In this document: piece after piece, positions 19,060 to 29,238 of the stretch
Position numbering within the stretch: the first letter of the stretch is position 1
How the letters are laid out: each line of letters begins with the position of its first letter
Source: Bacteroidota bacterium
Lineage (GTDB): Bacteria > Bacteroidota > Bacteroidia > AKYH767-A > 2013-40CM-41-45
NCBI GenBank assembly: GCA_031411835.1
Contig: JANOBV010000274.1
Coordinates: 132 to 64,131, forward strand
Direction: 5' to 3'
DNA: 64,000 bases
Made by a program: the position numbers and the translations under genes
Notes under the pieces: generated by a model
The model's database searches: none
What the model saw: only the letters and a program-made list of their open reading frames with translations
Told to the model about the DNA's origin: nothing

Positions 19060-22000
19060 TTATTGTTTTTTGAAATTTGTTTGAGCTTCTTTAATTGTCA
19101 TAACACCTCTTTCTGTTTCCTTTTTCACTCTAATTAAATGGCCTTCATCATCATATTCATAAAATGTTGCATAGTTATTTGCATCCAATTCACTCATTAA
19201 ACGAAGTGATCTTGAACTATAAACAAACGATTTCATGTTTGAGTGATATGGATAGATTCTAAAGTCATCAAAGTATGCAGTGTTAGTTCCAGCGCAGAGT
19301 TCAATTCTGATTTTTGTCGCATTAGCTGGCACATCGAACACTTCATCATAGCGCTGCCATCCTTCTACAACAACTCCTTTCGGATAGAAAACATTCACAG
19401 CGGTATTTCCGGTAAAACTGACAACAATCGAATCCTGTGAATAACCAACAGGTCCACATGCCGCATCTTCTTTGACCCAAACACTTAAAATATACTTTCC
19501 TGAATCGGGTGAAAATTTATCGATACATCCATTGACCATTTCATACCAGATGCTATCTTTTTCGATATACAATGAGTCCTCGCCTTTATACATAATATCT
19601 TTTTCTACAAAAGCGCTTTTACCATTTGCAATATGTAAGGAGCGGTTTCCTGTATGTGAAAAATCCGTCGAAATAGAAATTCCATTTGCTGTATCAAGAG
19701 AATTTTGAAAATCGAAATGTTGCGATATACAAACTGAACAGGAATTTCTGAAATCATAATCTTCAAAATTATCATTAGCAGTTTGCTTTAACCTAGCATT
19801 TGCAGTCACCGCTTTTACGAATGAATTCACATAACCATAAATAGCTGATGAATAATGATCAAGCGCATCGTGACTTTCAATCTCAGTTCCTTGTTTCGAA
19901 ATACGTGTTACAGTATTTGTCGCAATCCAATTAGGGTCAGATTTCCCTGTATTATTCCAGCCGGAACTGTAATTCCAGAATGGAGTGAAATCTTCATAGT
20001 ATCCATCATCCTTAATTCTTGAAGCATTCACAGCAAGCGGTTTTCTGTTAGTATAATAATTCCAAGTTTTAGAAGGATGCCAGTTGTTTATCATTCCACG
20101 ATGATAAGGATTTGCGAACACGGTTAAATTTTCACAATCGTTTTGACAACTAATACATCTCAAATCAAACAAAACGGAGTCTCTATGATTCACTCCTACA
20201 TAAACAACACCATCAAATGGATTACTTGGTGGAATTAAAACAGGCATTAGTGAATCAAGATTAATAGGATTCCCTGACAAGCTTGTCATTGACAAATTAC
20301 ACTCACCAAAGTGCCACTCTGAGTAAGAAGTAACAGTGCTCGAAGACGGACAATTCAAACTATAGAACGGCATTGAATCAACATTTTGTTCGTTTATAGA
20401 ATCCGGATCACAGGAACAATGGCAATAATCGAAGAGCTCACCAACAGTTATACTATCTTCCACACAAGCATTGTAAACATTATTGCTGTGATTCAAATTG
20501 TAGTTGATCATTGCATTCACAAAATTTTCCAAACAAAATTCTGGAACCACAGTATCGCAATTTTGAACTCTCTCTTCACCACAATAAATTTTCCATTTAT
20601 CGTTGTACTCAAGTGCGCTAGCTGAAATAATTCTTGCATTAGAAGCCACTTCGAAAGTGTTTGTACTTGAATTAATCGGTGGCGATTTAATAGTTGTCAA
20701 AGAGCCGATAGGAAGCGATTGCATATTTCTTCTACCTGATCTTACTACTTTAAGATCTACCATATTAAAATTGAATACACTTGAAATAGACAGGAAATTA
20801 TATTGATCGTGTACTCTTAATACCCCATTATATTTTCCCACATAATATCTCCCACCTATAGGTACTTCATTTTTCTCCAGAACAATTTCATCGCCATCAC
20901 ATAAAAGATCATTGATGTTAGAGACACCTGAACCAATATAACCATCATGTATGAGCACATTCGGAATTTTCAAACCCGAATTTATATATGCAGGCCCCAT
21001 ATTCTTATAAGCCCAATGTGCAGGATATGTCCAATTGTAAATTGGCTCATCAAATTCATTCGTAGTTTTTGTGAGTAGTACTTCACCCGTTTCTGAATCC
21101 CTTAAAAGGTTTTGTTTTTCTACTGTTGAACCGTCTTTGACCTCAATAACTTTTTCAAGTATCCCATACTTGTGAACTACTTTTGTTGCAACAACTGATC
21201 GAAATTGCACCTCTTCGCTTGTGAATGAAGGGAGAATTGGAGGTAGGACAATAAACAAAGGGAAAAACCCTAATGGAAAAATAAAGCCATCCGAATTATA
21301 ATCTAGTTTTTCTCCTACGGTACTAGTATTCTCTTCTCGCATGTCCATACACAAATCAATATCTTGAGCAATTTCTCTGTTATAGATCTCTCCTTTAGGT
21401 GTAATTATATCAGCATGTTCATTCAATCTTAAATGATCTTTGAAGTTTTCAGATTTATATACGTATTCTGTACTACTTACATCATGACCAAATGCATTCC
21501 TAATTTTTACGTTTTTCGGCTTGCCATGCATATCATTAATTTCAATGGAATATCCTTGACTGACCATCCATTTCTCTGATGAATATAGTGATCCGAGAAA
21601 GCTTAGTTTGAAAGGTGGCTTCTTTTGCGCGGACAAAATATTCGTACGCGCAGTTATTACAGGAAAGTCTTTCGCTGTATAAAATGTATTCTCAGTATAA
21701 CCTGTTGCTGTTCTTCGAATATGTTCATTACTAAAATTTGAAACATATACCTTACTATACCCAACAACCGGGCTTGGAAAAAATGATTCGCCAAATGGCT
21801 CTTCTAAATAACCATAATCACTCGAACCTAGTGGCTTTGTAATTTCATAATTTACAGGTTGCTTAAAAGGATTTTCATCATTTCCTATAACCGGCTCCCA
21901 ATTGGCCACACCTGAACTTATGTATTTTCCTCCAGTTGTATCTGCATAAAAATACTCTTGTCCATACTCTTTATATAAACCATCAGTGGACATCGAATTC

Positions 22001-25000
22001 CAATTATCAGAAATCGTAATTCTTTTGACCCTACTTCCACCACCAAGTTTTTTGTAATTTGAATTTGTTAAACGAACAAATGACTTTTCAGGAATGAATG
22101 TTTCCGCCCAATGTTTTTTACATGCAGTTGTTTCAAATCCATCAAACATCGTCGCAATCTCCTTGAAAGAACCTATTAATGCTGTCATCGCATCGCCCAA
22201 ATTATTACCGGGATCAGAACTTCCCGGATAAATAACTTCCGGATAATTATTTTTTAAAAATTGCCATGCACTTCTAGCAACTGGATTTTTATTTCCTATT
22301 CTATCAATTTTCACCCAAATTACACCTTGCACACCTGGACCTCCAGCCTGATAAATTCCATGCCAATTTCCCGTTCTATCAATCGCACAATATCCTGGTA
22401 CATAATCTGGAAGACCGCCACCCAAATCCATATAAAACCTATAGTATATATTTTCTAGGTCCTTAATATATTTTTCATAGTAATTATCTGTATTCGGCAC
22501 ATCAATGAAAAGAATATTGCATTGATCATTGGCATCATTATACAATCTATTTGCACGGAAACTTATTGTCCCCGTTTTATCAGAACCAACACCGCTTACA
22601 AAATACATTTCGCCGGCACGTTTATTCTGCACATAAGCGTAATCATCTGACTCAAGATCTACTTTAATTGTTCCGCCTGAAGGTAGATTAATACTCTCCA
22701 AATTATAAGAACGAATAAACGGATTTGTTAATAAAGTATCTTGAATTGTGTATGGAAATTCTGCAGTTGAGACTGGACGACTTAAGCTGGAATTTGTTTT
22801 ATAATTTCCCCAGCGATCATAATTTTTTAATCCGTAGTCAGGATTTTGAACACTATAATTAAAGCTATAACTATTTAATTGACCTTTGGTATTTGAACCA
22901 TAAGTAAAATAAACTTTTTTTAAAGTAAGTTTTCCTTTATTCTGGTTAACATTACTCTCTTGTGTATAATATGAATAAGAACCACCTGTATTATTAATTG
23001 TATCAGAAGTATTATTTGGAACATTTGGACAAAGTGAATAGTCATAAACAAAGTGCACAGTTTTAATCGGAACAGCATTATATGGATTTCGAATTAGATC
23101 AGATTTCGAATACAACTCTATTGACCTAAGTAATTTCTGTCCACATGCATATTTTCTACTTGCACTTGGTTGCCCGCCATTCTCACTTTCAACTCCCATT
23201 GCATCCAATCTGTCTTCTATTTTAAAAACAGCGACAAGTGTTCTTGATTCGATTGAATTCACATACCAAATTTCCTTTTGCCCATACGAGTAAGATCCTT
23301 TAGCGTCACCACCAACACTTGATACCGGAGAACCATTTCCCGCATGCAATCCTCCATTATAATTTGCTTGATTCTGCTCATAAGGAACACGCCACTTATA
23401 ATCTGCAGTAGCTAGAGTATAATTAAATTTTATCGCATCACCATTATCATCATCAGAAATTCCATCACCTGTTCTATCGATATAATCAGCTGAAAGTATT
23501 CCGGAGATTAAATATGAGTAGGCATATCCCGGAGTGGTTTCTGAAGAGTAAAAATTGTCCAACCCTCTTGTGTTATGATCTTTATTGTTATCCACATTTG
23601 GGATGTACTCAACTAAACCGGATGCCGGATCTGTACCCAAATCTTTACACGCAAATGTTACATCCTTTTGAAAATTATTATATGTTGGTATGCCATAAAC
23701 ATAACGCTTTCCATCTGGCTTATTAACTGTGATTTCTGAAATATGATGAGCAGGTTTTGGTGCAATTGTAGTCCACCAAGAGGTGTGAGATACACCAGGT
23801 CTAAGTGAAATACAAGACCGATAATCAGGAATTACATTTTTAGTAAACGAAATCAATTTTAAATTCAAACCTGCAGCAGTTATTTCACGCCCAGTCAAAT
23901 ATGAAATATTCTGGATTCTTTTATCGCGAATAGCTCTTGCTGCAACAGAATTAATTGGAAGTGTCTCGATAGGTCTATTCTTTTCAACAGTTGTTTTTAA
24001 CAAAAATGGTAAATTCACCATATTCTGTTGCTTCAAAATGTTTACGACGGGGTTTTCATTTCCTATATAATTATTAAATTCTGTATCACTTAGAGTTTGT
24101 TCTCCAACAGTTTTAAAATAAGAACCTTCATAAGTCAAATTTGAAGTATGATTTTGAAAATCTAGTGTATTAATTACTCTATTATCATCAGTCCATTTTT
24201 TCGAAGTTGTGTTCACTGCAACTTGAGCAATATTAGCTCCTGCATGAGCAAGATTAGGTCCAAAACCCAATTGTATCCCACCACTAGTCGATTCACTTCC
24301 ACTTGTTGTAATATTATCATAAAGAATTCCAATATCACCACGATGCGCTCTGAACTGCCCGGATATTCCTTGACCATTAATTGAAAAAAGATCGTAAGTG
24401 TAATTTGCTAATGGTAAATTCGGTATCGCTTTATTATAGGGCCCGTCTTTTTCTCTATTAAAATCCTGAACAGCACTCAAACTCTTACTTCCCTCTGCTG
24501 AATTTAAATACCCATAACTGTTACATACTCTTCTCTTTGTTTCTAAAGTTTGTTTAGACCAATAACCTGTAAGAGATAAATTACCATGAATTCCCCATAA
24601 CTCTCCGCCAACAGTGCCATTAAACGTAAATGAATTGTTATGCATTGGCATTGCAATGGTAGGATTGAATGTCGGATAGCCAAATGATATGGAGACATTG
24701 GTATTAGCATTTCCATTTTTATTAGGAGCATTTTTATCGCTGTGCTTCCTCGTCCTTGAAAATGAAAGTTCCTGCAATCCTCCTCTTGTATTATATGCTA
24801 GGCTTGCTTTGTTATCAAATGAATTATTGTTTTTGTTTGCAGTAGAACTATAAGTTGCAGTTGCTGAAAGCGTAGTCCCATCTTGAGAGCTAACTTGCAT
24901 CCCAAGCGCTGCAGATTTTTCACCACCACCAGGTTTACTTACAGTAAGTGAAGGAGAAAGTCCAAAATTTATACCATACCCTTTGTAATTATTTGCACTA

Positions 25001-25497
25001 ATACCAATATTTGCATTCAATCCAATTGTTGCGCTGTCTCCAGTTGCGTCTCCTTTAGGAATATGAAACCCAAACAACTTTACATTAGCACCTAAATCAA
25101 TTCCCCAAGTCTTATTATCTTTCATGTTAAATTCCTTCACCAACGTATCACCCCAAAAATCATCTGGTAAACCACGCATAGATCTATTGATTGCTCCAGG
25201 ATTTATATTCCACCCAAGTCCAACCCAACTTGCTTCCTGATCGGAAGTTGGATTCGAATTGTAAATTAAATTCAGTGGATAATCACCAACTTCCATCAAA
25301 GGAATATTATAAGAGAAGTCGCCGGAAAAAAGGTCCACCATATCATTCGCACCTATCGGAGAAAACGAATTCACCTCCGGTTGTGTAGGGCCACTGGTAA
25401 GACCATAAGTTGTTAACGGATACAACAATTGAAAAGACATACAAAAAAGCAGGAGTACTGAAATTTTTCTTGAATATCTGGACCGTATTTCTTGCAT
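19060..25497 (-). CDS. Giant secreted protein (2145 aa) with an SpvB/TcB-like N-terminal motif, a C-terminal jelly-roll-like module and a terminal YD repeat
   Basis: N-terminus: PEVNSFSPIGANDMVDLFSGDFSYNIPLMEV...LNLIYNS...WVGLGWNINPGAINRSMRGLPDDF. Internal: DRTGDGISDDDNGDAIKF. C-terminus: YFDDFRIYPYHSNMKSFVYS...NNYATFYEYDDEGHLIRVKKETERG. Confidence 0.9.
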   Translation of the reverse strand: MQEIRSRYSRKISVLLLFCMSFQLLYPLTTYGLTSGPTQPEVNSFSPIGANDMVDLFSGDFSYNIPLMEVGDYPLNLIYNSNPTSDQEASWVGLGWNINPGAINRSMRGLPDDFWGDTLVKEFNMKDNKTWGIDLGANVKLFGFHIPKGDATGDSATIGLNANIGISANNYKGYGINFGLSPSLTVSKPGGGEKSAALGMQVSSQDGTTLSATATYSSTANKNNNSFDNKASLAYNTRGGLQELSFSRTRKHSDKNAPNKNGNANTNVSISFGYPTFNPTIAMPMHNNSFTFNGTVGGELWGIHGNLSLTGYWSKQTLETKRRVCNSYGYLNSAEGSKSLSAVQDFNREKDGPYNKAIPNLPLANYTYDLFSINGQGISGQFRAHRGDIGILYDNITTSGSESTSGGIQLGFGPNLAHAGANIAQVAVNTTSKKWTDDNRVINTLDFQNHTSNLTYEGSYFKTVGEQTLSDTEFNNYIGNENPVVNILKQQNMVNLPFLLKTTVEKNRPIETLPINSVAARAIRDKRIQNISYLTGREITAAGLNLKLISFTKNVIPDYRSCISLRPGVSHTSWWTTIAPKPAHHISEITVNKPDGKRYVYGIPTYNNFQKDVTFACKDLGTDPASGLVEYIPNVDNNKDHNTRGLDNFYSSETTPGYAYSYLISGILSADYIDRTGDGISDDDNGDAIKFNYTLATADYKWRVPYEQNQANYNGGLHAGNGSPVSSVGGDAKGSYSYGQKEIWYVNSIESRTLVAVFKIEDRLDAMGVESENGGQPSASRKYACGQKLLRSIELYSKSDLIRNPYNAVPIKTVHFVYDYSLCPNVPNNTSDTINNTGGSYSYYTQESNVNQNKGKLTLKKVYFTYGSNTKGQLNSYSFNYSVQNPDYGLKNYDRWGNYKTNSSLSRPVSTAEFPYTIQDTLLTNPFIRSYNLESINLPSGGTIKVDLESDDYAYVQNKRAGEMYFVSGVGSDKTGTISFRANRLYNDANDQCNILFIDVPNTDNYYEKYIKDLENIYYRFYMDLGGGLPDYVPGYCAIDRTGNWHGIYQAGGPGVQGVIWVKIDRIGNKNPVARSAWQFLKNNYPEVIYPGSSDPGNNLGDAMTALIGSFKEIATMFDGFETTACKKHWAETFIPEKSFVRLTNSNYKKLGGGSRVKRITISDNWNSMSTDGLYKEYGQEYFYADTTGGKYISSGVANWEPVIGNDENPFKQPVNYEITKPLGSSDYGYLEEPFGESFFPSPVVGYSKVYVSNFSNEHIRRTATGYTENTFYTAKDFPVITARTNILSAQKKPPFKLSFLGSLYSSEKWMVSQGYSIEINDMHGKPKNVKIRNAFGHDVSSTEYVYKSENFKDHLRLNEHADIITPKGEIYNREIAQDIDLCMDMREENTSTVGEKLDYNSDGFIFPLGFFPLFIVLPPILPSFTSEEVQFRSVVATKVVHKYGILEKVIEVKDGSTVEKQNLLRDSETGEVLLTKTTNEFDEPIYNWTYPAHWAYKNMGPAYINSGLKIPNVLIHDGYIGSGVSNINDLLCDGDEIVLEKNEVPIGGRYYVGKYNGVLRVHDQYNFLSISSVFNFNMVDLKVVRSGRRNMQSLPIGSLTTIKSPPINSSTNTFEVASNARIISASALEYNDKWKIYCGEERVQNCDTVVPEFCLENFVNAMINYNLNHSNNVYNACVEDSITVGELFDYCHCSCDPDSINEQNVDSMPFYSLNCPSSSTVTSYSEWHFGECNLSMTSLSGNPINLDSLMPVLIPPSNPFDGVVYVGVNHRDSVLFDLRCISCQNDCENLTVFANPYHRGMINNWHPSKTWNYYTNRKPLAVNASRIKDDGYYEDFTPFWNYSSGWNNTGKSDPNWIATNTVTRISKQGTEIESHDALDHYSSAIYGYVNSFVKAVTANARLKQTANDNFEDYDFRNSCSVCISQHFDFQNSLDTANGISISTDFSHTGNRSLHIANGKSAFVEKDIMYKGEDSLYIEKDSIWYEMVNGCIDKFSPDSGKYILSVWVKEDAACGPVGYSQDSIVVSFTGNTAVNVFYPKGVVVEGWQRYDEVFDVPANATKIRIELCAGTNTAYFDDFRIYPYHSNMKSFVYSSRSLRLMSELDANNYATFYEYDDEGHLIRVKKETERGVMTIKEAQTNFKKQ

Positions 25498-25500
25498 AAT

Positions 25501-26088
25501 CTAAATTTTAAAATCAGGAATATTTTTTATTGCATCTGTGGAAATTGAAAAATTAAAATCTTCAATTCCGGTACGCATTAACTTATCTTGGAAATGAAAT
25601 TTTAAACTATCGGACAACAATTCTTTCTTCTCAAAAATCATTTCAAAAGAATATCGATCTCCAACTCCACCGGTATTATCATATTGTGACATCAAACACT
25701 TCAAAGTATCTGAACAGTTAACCAAATAGGCATAATCATTAAAATGAAATTTCAGTTGACTATCATAACTTTCTTTTGTAAGTGAATCAATACTTCCAAA
25801 CAACATTCCTCTATTTGAATATATTTCTGTTTTAAAATAAATGTAGTCTTGAAATCGCTCTTTAACCTTTGCAAATTCTGCATCATTTAGTTTAATTCCT
25901 CTTAGTTCTTTCAAAGCTAAATAGTCACTTGGCTCATATTGTATTTCAACAACCATGTCGCCGAAGGAGTTTCTAATAACTAATCCATTTTTCGGATTTC
26001 GAACGTATTCCACATATTCTTTTGTCTCCAATCGGGTTGTACAAGAGCCCAAAATCAAAATAGAGAAAACATATATTAAATATTTCAT
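25501..26088 (-). CDS. Lipoprotein of unknown function, operon partner
   Basis: 195-aa ORF. Lipobox ILGSCTT. 3-nt gap to the downstream gene. Confidence 0.7.
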   Translation of the reverse strand: MKYLIYVFSILILGSCTTRLETKEYVEYVRNPKNGLVIRNSFGDMVVEIQYEPSDYLALKELRGIKLNDAEFAKVKERFQDYIYFKTEIYSNRGMLFGSIDSLTKESYDSQLKFHFNDYAYLVNCSDTLKCLMSQYDNTGGVGDRYSFEMIFEKKELLSDSLKFHFQDKLMRTGIEDFNFSISTDAIKNIPDFKI

Positions 26089-26093
26089 ATAAA

Positions 26094-27164
26094 TTAATTT
26101 TTTTCTGTAATCGTAAAATTCATTTTGTATTCCTCATTGAAAGAATTTCGAATCAGAAAACTGTAGTTTCCATTTTTTTTCAATCCGTCCAACTCCGAAG
26201 TATTAACAGTAATTTTATTCAGTCCATAAACCAAATTAATTTCAGGCAACTTTACTACAAACTTCCCGGTCTTGAGATCAACAATTGAATAATTCAACTT
26301 TTCGTCTTTTGTTCTATTATCATAGAGAAAACGAATAGCGTTTTTATACAAATAGTTTCCACTATTTATATTTCGATGAATAAGAGTAAATCCTTTTCCG
26401 GGATCTCCTTCATTCACATCTGTCTTTGGAGTAAACTTCCAAATCTCGGACTGACCTACTTTTTGGCCGGTATTATCAATTGCAATAACCTGCCAACAAT
26501 AGGTTATGTTATATCGCAATGGCACTGCATCAACCGGATAAGGCAGCAGCATACTTTTCCATGTATAATTCAACAATTTTAAATTTGACGAAATCGCATC
26601 TTCAGCAGTTGAATAAGGAGCAAACTCTGTTAATAAAACCCTATAGCTAACACCTCCGGTAAAAGTTGATATCCATTCAAGATCAGGATTCAATGTTTCA
26701 ATTATTTCACCATTGCCGGGCATAAGCAGATTAATCATCTCTGACTTATTCAGGTTCACTTCTTCGCACTCTTTCAAATCAATTTCTTCAGTCTTTATTC
26801 TTATTGAAGTACAAACTTCCAATCTTCCATAACCAATTTCATTTCCAACTGATAAAGCATTCGACATCTCATTTGAATAACTTGTAATGTTGAAATTCAA
26901 ATGAGATAAAGAGTTCAAACCGGGCAAAATATCCAATTCAAGATTCTGTCTCTGCACTATAATTTTCGCTGAAATACTTCGAATAGATATTTCAATTAGC
27001 GTCCTACATGTCGGTCCGGAATTTAAAATTTGAATGTCATGGAAATCCTCTGTTCTAAATGATTGATGTAAAGAATAATTATTTATTATTTGCAATTTCG
27101 ATTGTGCTCGAACAGATGTCAATAAAAATAAAATAGAAAATATTGTAAGTAATTGCTTCTTCAT
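26094..27164 (-). CDS. Secreted protein of unknown function (beta-rich, Ig/Fn3-like segments), operon partner
   Basis: 356-aa ORF. Signal peptide FLLTSVRAQS. 4-5-nt intergenic gaps on both sides. Confidence 0.7.
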   Translation of the reverse strand: MKKQLLTIFSILFLLTSVRAQSKLQIINNYSLHQSFRTEDFHDIQILNSGPTCRTLIEISIRSISAKIIVQRQNLELDILPGLNSLSHLNFNITSYSNEMSNALSVGNEIGYGRLEVCTSIRIKTEEIDLKECEEVNLNKSEMINLLMPGNGEIIETLNPDLEWISTFTGGVSYRVLLTEFAPYSTAEDAISSNLKLLNYTWKSMLLPYPVDAVPLRYNITYCWQVIAIDNTGQKVGQSEIWKFTPKTDVNEGDPGKGFTLIHRNINSGNYLYKNAIRFLYDNRTKDEKLNYSIVDLKTGKFVVKLPEINLVYGLNKITVNTSELDGLKKNGNYSFLIRNSFNEEYKMNFTITEKN

Positions 27165-27168
27165 TGCT

Positions 27169-29130
27169 TTAATATGAAAGTGTAATATTCATCTGAACTT
27201 GATAGCTTGAATTATAATTAATAAATTCTCCTGCAGAAAGAAAATCGTTCCTGCTTCCACTGAAACCAACTGACAGGTTTTTACTTTGACTCCAATTCGC
27301 GCCAATAGAAGTAACAATTGTATTTTGCACACCAATATTATTAATCGACAATCGCTCATTGAAACTGATCTTTTTTAGTCTGAACGAATGCATAACTGAA
27401 GTAGTAGAACCTAGTCTTTTCTCAATTCCGTAATCATTTTTGTAAATGTTTTCCTGGATTTGAATTACCGAGCTTTTCGCCTTATACTGAAAAACACAAC
27501 CATAATTTTCATTTATAGAATTAAGACCTGTAGCAGATTTCGAATAATTTTTACTATACAAAGTTTTAAAATCGGACTTCTTTGAAATCTGATAACCGAC
27601 TGAAATCTGATAAAAATTAGAAACATTTGTAAAGCCGTCTTCCTGCGTGTATACTAAATAATTATTTACACCATATTTAATTCCAAGCTTAATCTTTGAA
27701 CTAACCTTTAGATTCGAGTTAACTAAAATTGAATTTCTCTTCCAACTAGTACTAATTGCATTTTCAAACTTAAAATTCAGCTTAAGCTTATCAACGAAAA
27801 ACATTTTTTGAACTTCTCCCGACATTGCAGTATAACCTGTTGTTAAATACAGGTTGCCCGGAGTAAAATAATCTCTTCCAATTACCAAATACTTGGCTCT
27901 GATGTCACAATTCAGTTGTTTTACATGAGTGTTCAATTCAACACTTGCAGAATAGTCGCGCTCATTACCTTGTTGGTCGTCTTTAATATTTTTAGCAATT
28001 ACTCCAACGGCATCCACGCCTTTTACTATTTCTTTTTCTATGTTCAAAGAAACCAATGAAACCTGTGATGCTCTAGCCGGATCTAATTCTTTAACATCGT
28101 TGTCAAATTTTGTAAAGGATAATATTGTATTATTTCCCGGCCTTCCAATTCCGGCAGACAAGGAATAAAAATTTCGTCCTTTCTCATTTTCAAGAATAAC
28201 ATTGTTGAATGAACCTACACTCAAATTATCAAATGAAATTCGCCTGTTAATTCCTGATGTAAATCCGGCAATAATTTTTCCATCAGAGTATTTCAATTTT
28301 ATGCCGTTGAAATTATAATTGTACAATGTTAACCATGATTCGTTTGTTGATTGAACTCCGATATTGATCGTTTCGAAATTTGATAAAATCTTATGGCTCC
28401 TTTTTCGAATCGCCCCTACACTTTTCGCTTTTGTAATTATAGAATCATTCAATTCCTTTTGTTCTTTTAATCGAGCTTTCTTTATTTCAACCTCATTAAA
28501 ATAATTCTCCTTCAACTCTTCAAATTCAGCTACGGAATTTCTACAAGATCTCAATTGATTTGTATCTACCGAATAATCAACTTTTCTTAGTGAATCTCTA
28601 AAATCATTCGTATTGAGACTATCTTCTGAAACATTTAATGAATCGACAATTTTACTTGCATATCTTGCTGAGTCAATCTTGTACTTGGCCAAATACATTT
28701 TTGCAATCGAAATCAATTGTAAATATTCAGGATCAGAAAGTATTTTAGTAAGGCTATCTATTTTTTGATCATTAAAATTCTTCAGCTTACTTATACTATC
28801 TTCTCTTGCTGATAGTCGTTGAAGCATTTCATTTCTCGAAAATGAAATATTAAAACAATTAAACTGAACATTTCCATTGGGCAAGCGAGTTGCGTTCCAA
28901 ATGAAATTAACCGGGATGTCATATGCACTTATAGTTTCAACAAATTGAAAATTCGCAAATGCTCCACTTTGCCCATATAAATTATTTTGCATAAATCCGA
29001 TGCTCCCTGTTGTTCTTCCACTCACATTTATATTAGACAAAAGACGGCTTTTCTCCTGGGCAAAACTCGTTTTTATAAAAGTCAGCAGCATGCAATTAAT
29101 TATTAAATAATATAAAACTAATCTTCGCAA
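27169..29130 (-). CDS. Putative outer-membrane beta-barrel protein with a central coiled-coil segment; first gene of the operon
   Basis: 653-aa ORF. Signal peptide TFIKTSFAQE. Amphipathic alternating strands in the C-terminal half. C-terminal ...QMNITLSY ends in an aromatic residue, as OMPs typically do. Confidence 0.65.
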   Translation of the reverse strand: MRRLVLYYLIINCMLLTFIKTSFAQEKSRLLSNINVSGRTTGSIGFMQNNLYGQSGAFANFQFVETISAYDIPVNFIWNATRLPNGNVQFNCFNISFSRNEMLQRLSAREDSISKLKNFNDQKIDSLTKILSDPEYLQLISIAKMYLAKYKIDSARYASKIVDSLNVSEDSLNTNDFRDSLRKVDYSVDTNQLRSCRNSVAEFEELKENYFNEVEIKKARLKEQKELNDSIITKAKSVGAIRKRSHKILSNFETINIGVQSTNESWLTLYNYNFNGIKLKYSDGKIIAGFTSGINRRISFDNLSVGSFNNVILENEKGRNFYSLSAGIGRPGNNTILSFTKFDNDVKELDPARASQVSLVSLNIEKEIVKGVDAVGVIAKNIKDDQQGNERDYSASVELNTHVKQLNCDIRAKYLVIGRDYFTPGNLYLTTGYTAMSGEVQKMFFVDKLKLNFKFENAISTSWKRNSILVNSNLKVSSKIKLGIKYGVNNYLVYTQEDGFTNVSNFYQISVGYQISKKSDFKTLYSKNYSKSATGLNSINENYGCVFQYKAKSSVIQIQENIYKNDYGIEKRLGSTTSVMHSFRLKKISFNERLSINNIGVQNTIVTSIGANWSQSKNLSVGFSGSRNDFLSAGEFINYNSSYQVQMNITLSY

Positions 29131-29205
29131 TCTCCGTGTGAGTTTAACTAAATACTACATCAACTTTATTTTCGAATTGCACTGATAAAATCCATTCGTT
29201 AAAAC

Positions 29206-29238
29206 CAAATGTAAATTTCGCGACCATCGCTTCCAAAC
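29206..29238 (-). promoter_or_regulatory. Candidate Bacteroidota sigma-A promoter for the operon
   Basis: The minus strand reads TTTG-(20 nt)-TACATTTG. This fits the -33 TTTG / -7 TAnnTTTG pattern, roughly 75 nt upstream of the 29130 start. Confidence 0.3.

Noticed and set aside
19243-25388. Small ORFs nested within the 2145-aa gene, antisense (19243..19440, 20386..20625, 23514..23726, 25191..25388 and others) or same-strand out of frame (24543..24731)
   Set aside because: Same reasoning. They are nested in a long, well-supported ORF and have no start context or motifs.
4258-29130. Calling the locus a T6SS effector locus or a complete Tc (ABC) toxin
   Set aside because: No VgrG, PAAR, Hcp or sheath genes and no TcA-like gene are present in the window. 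Both giant proteins have Sec signal peptides, which is atypical for T6SS cargo. Only a TcB-like N-terminal motif is seen.
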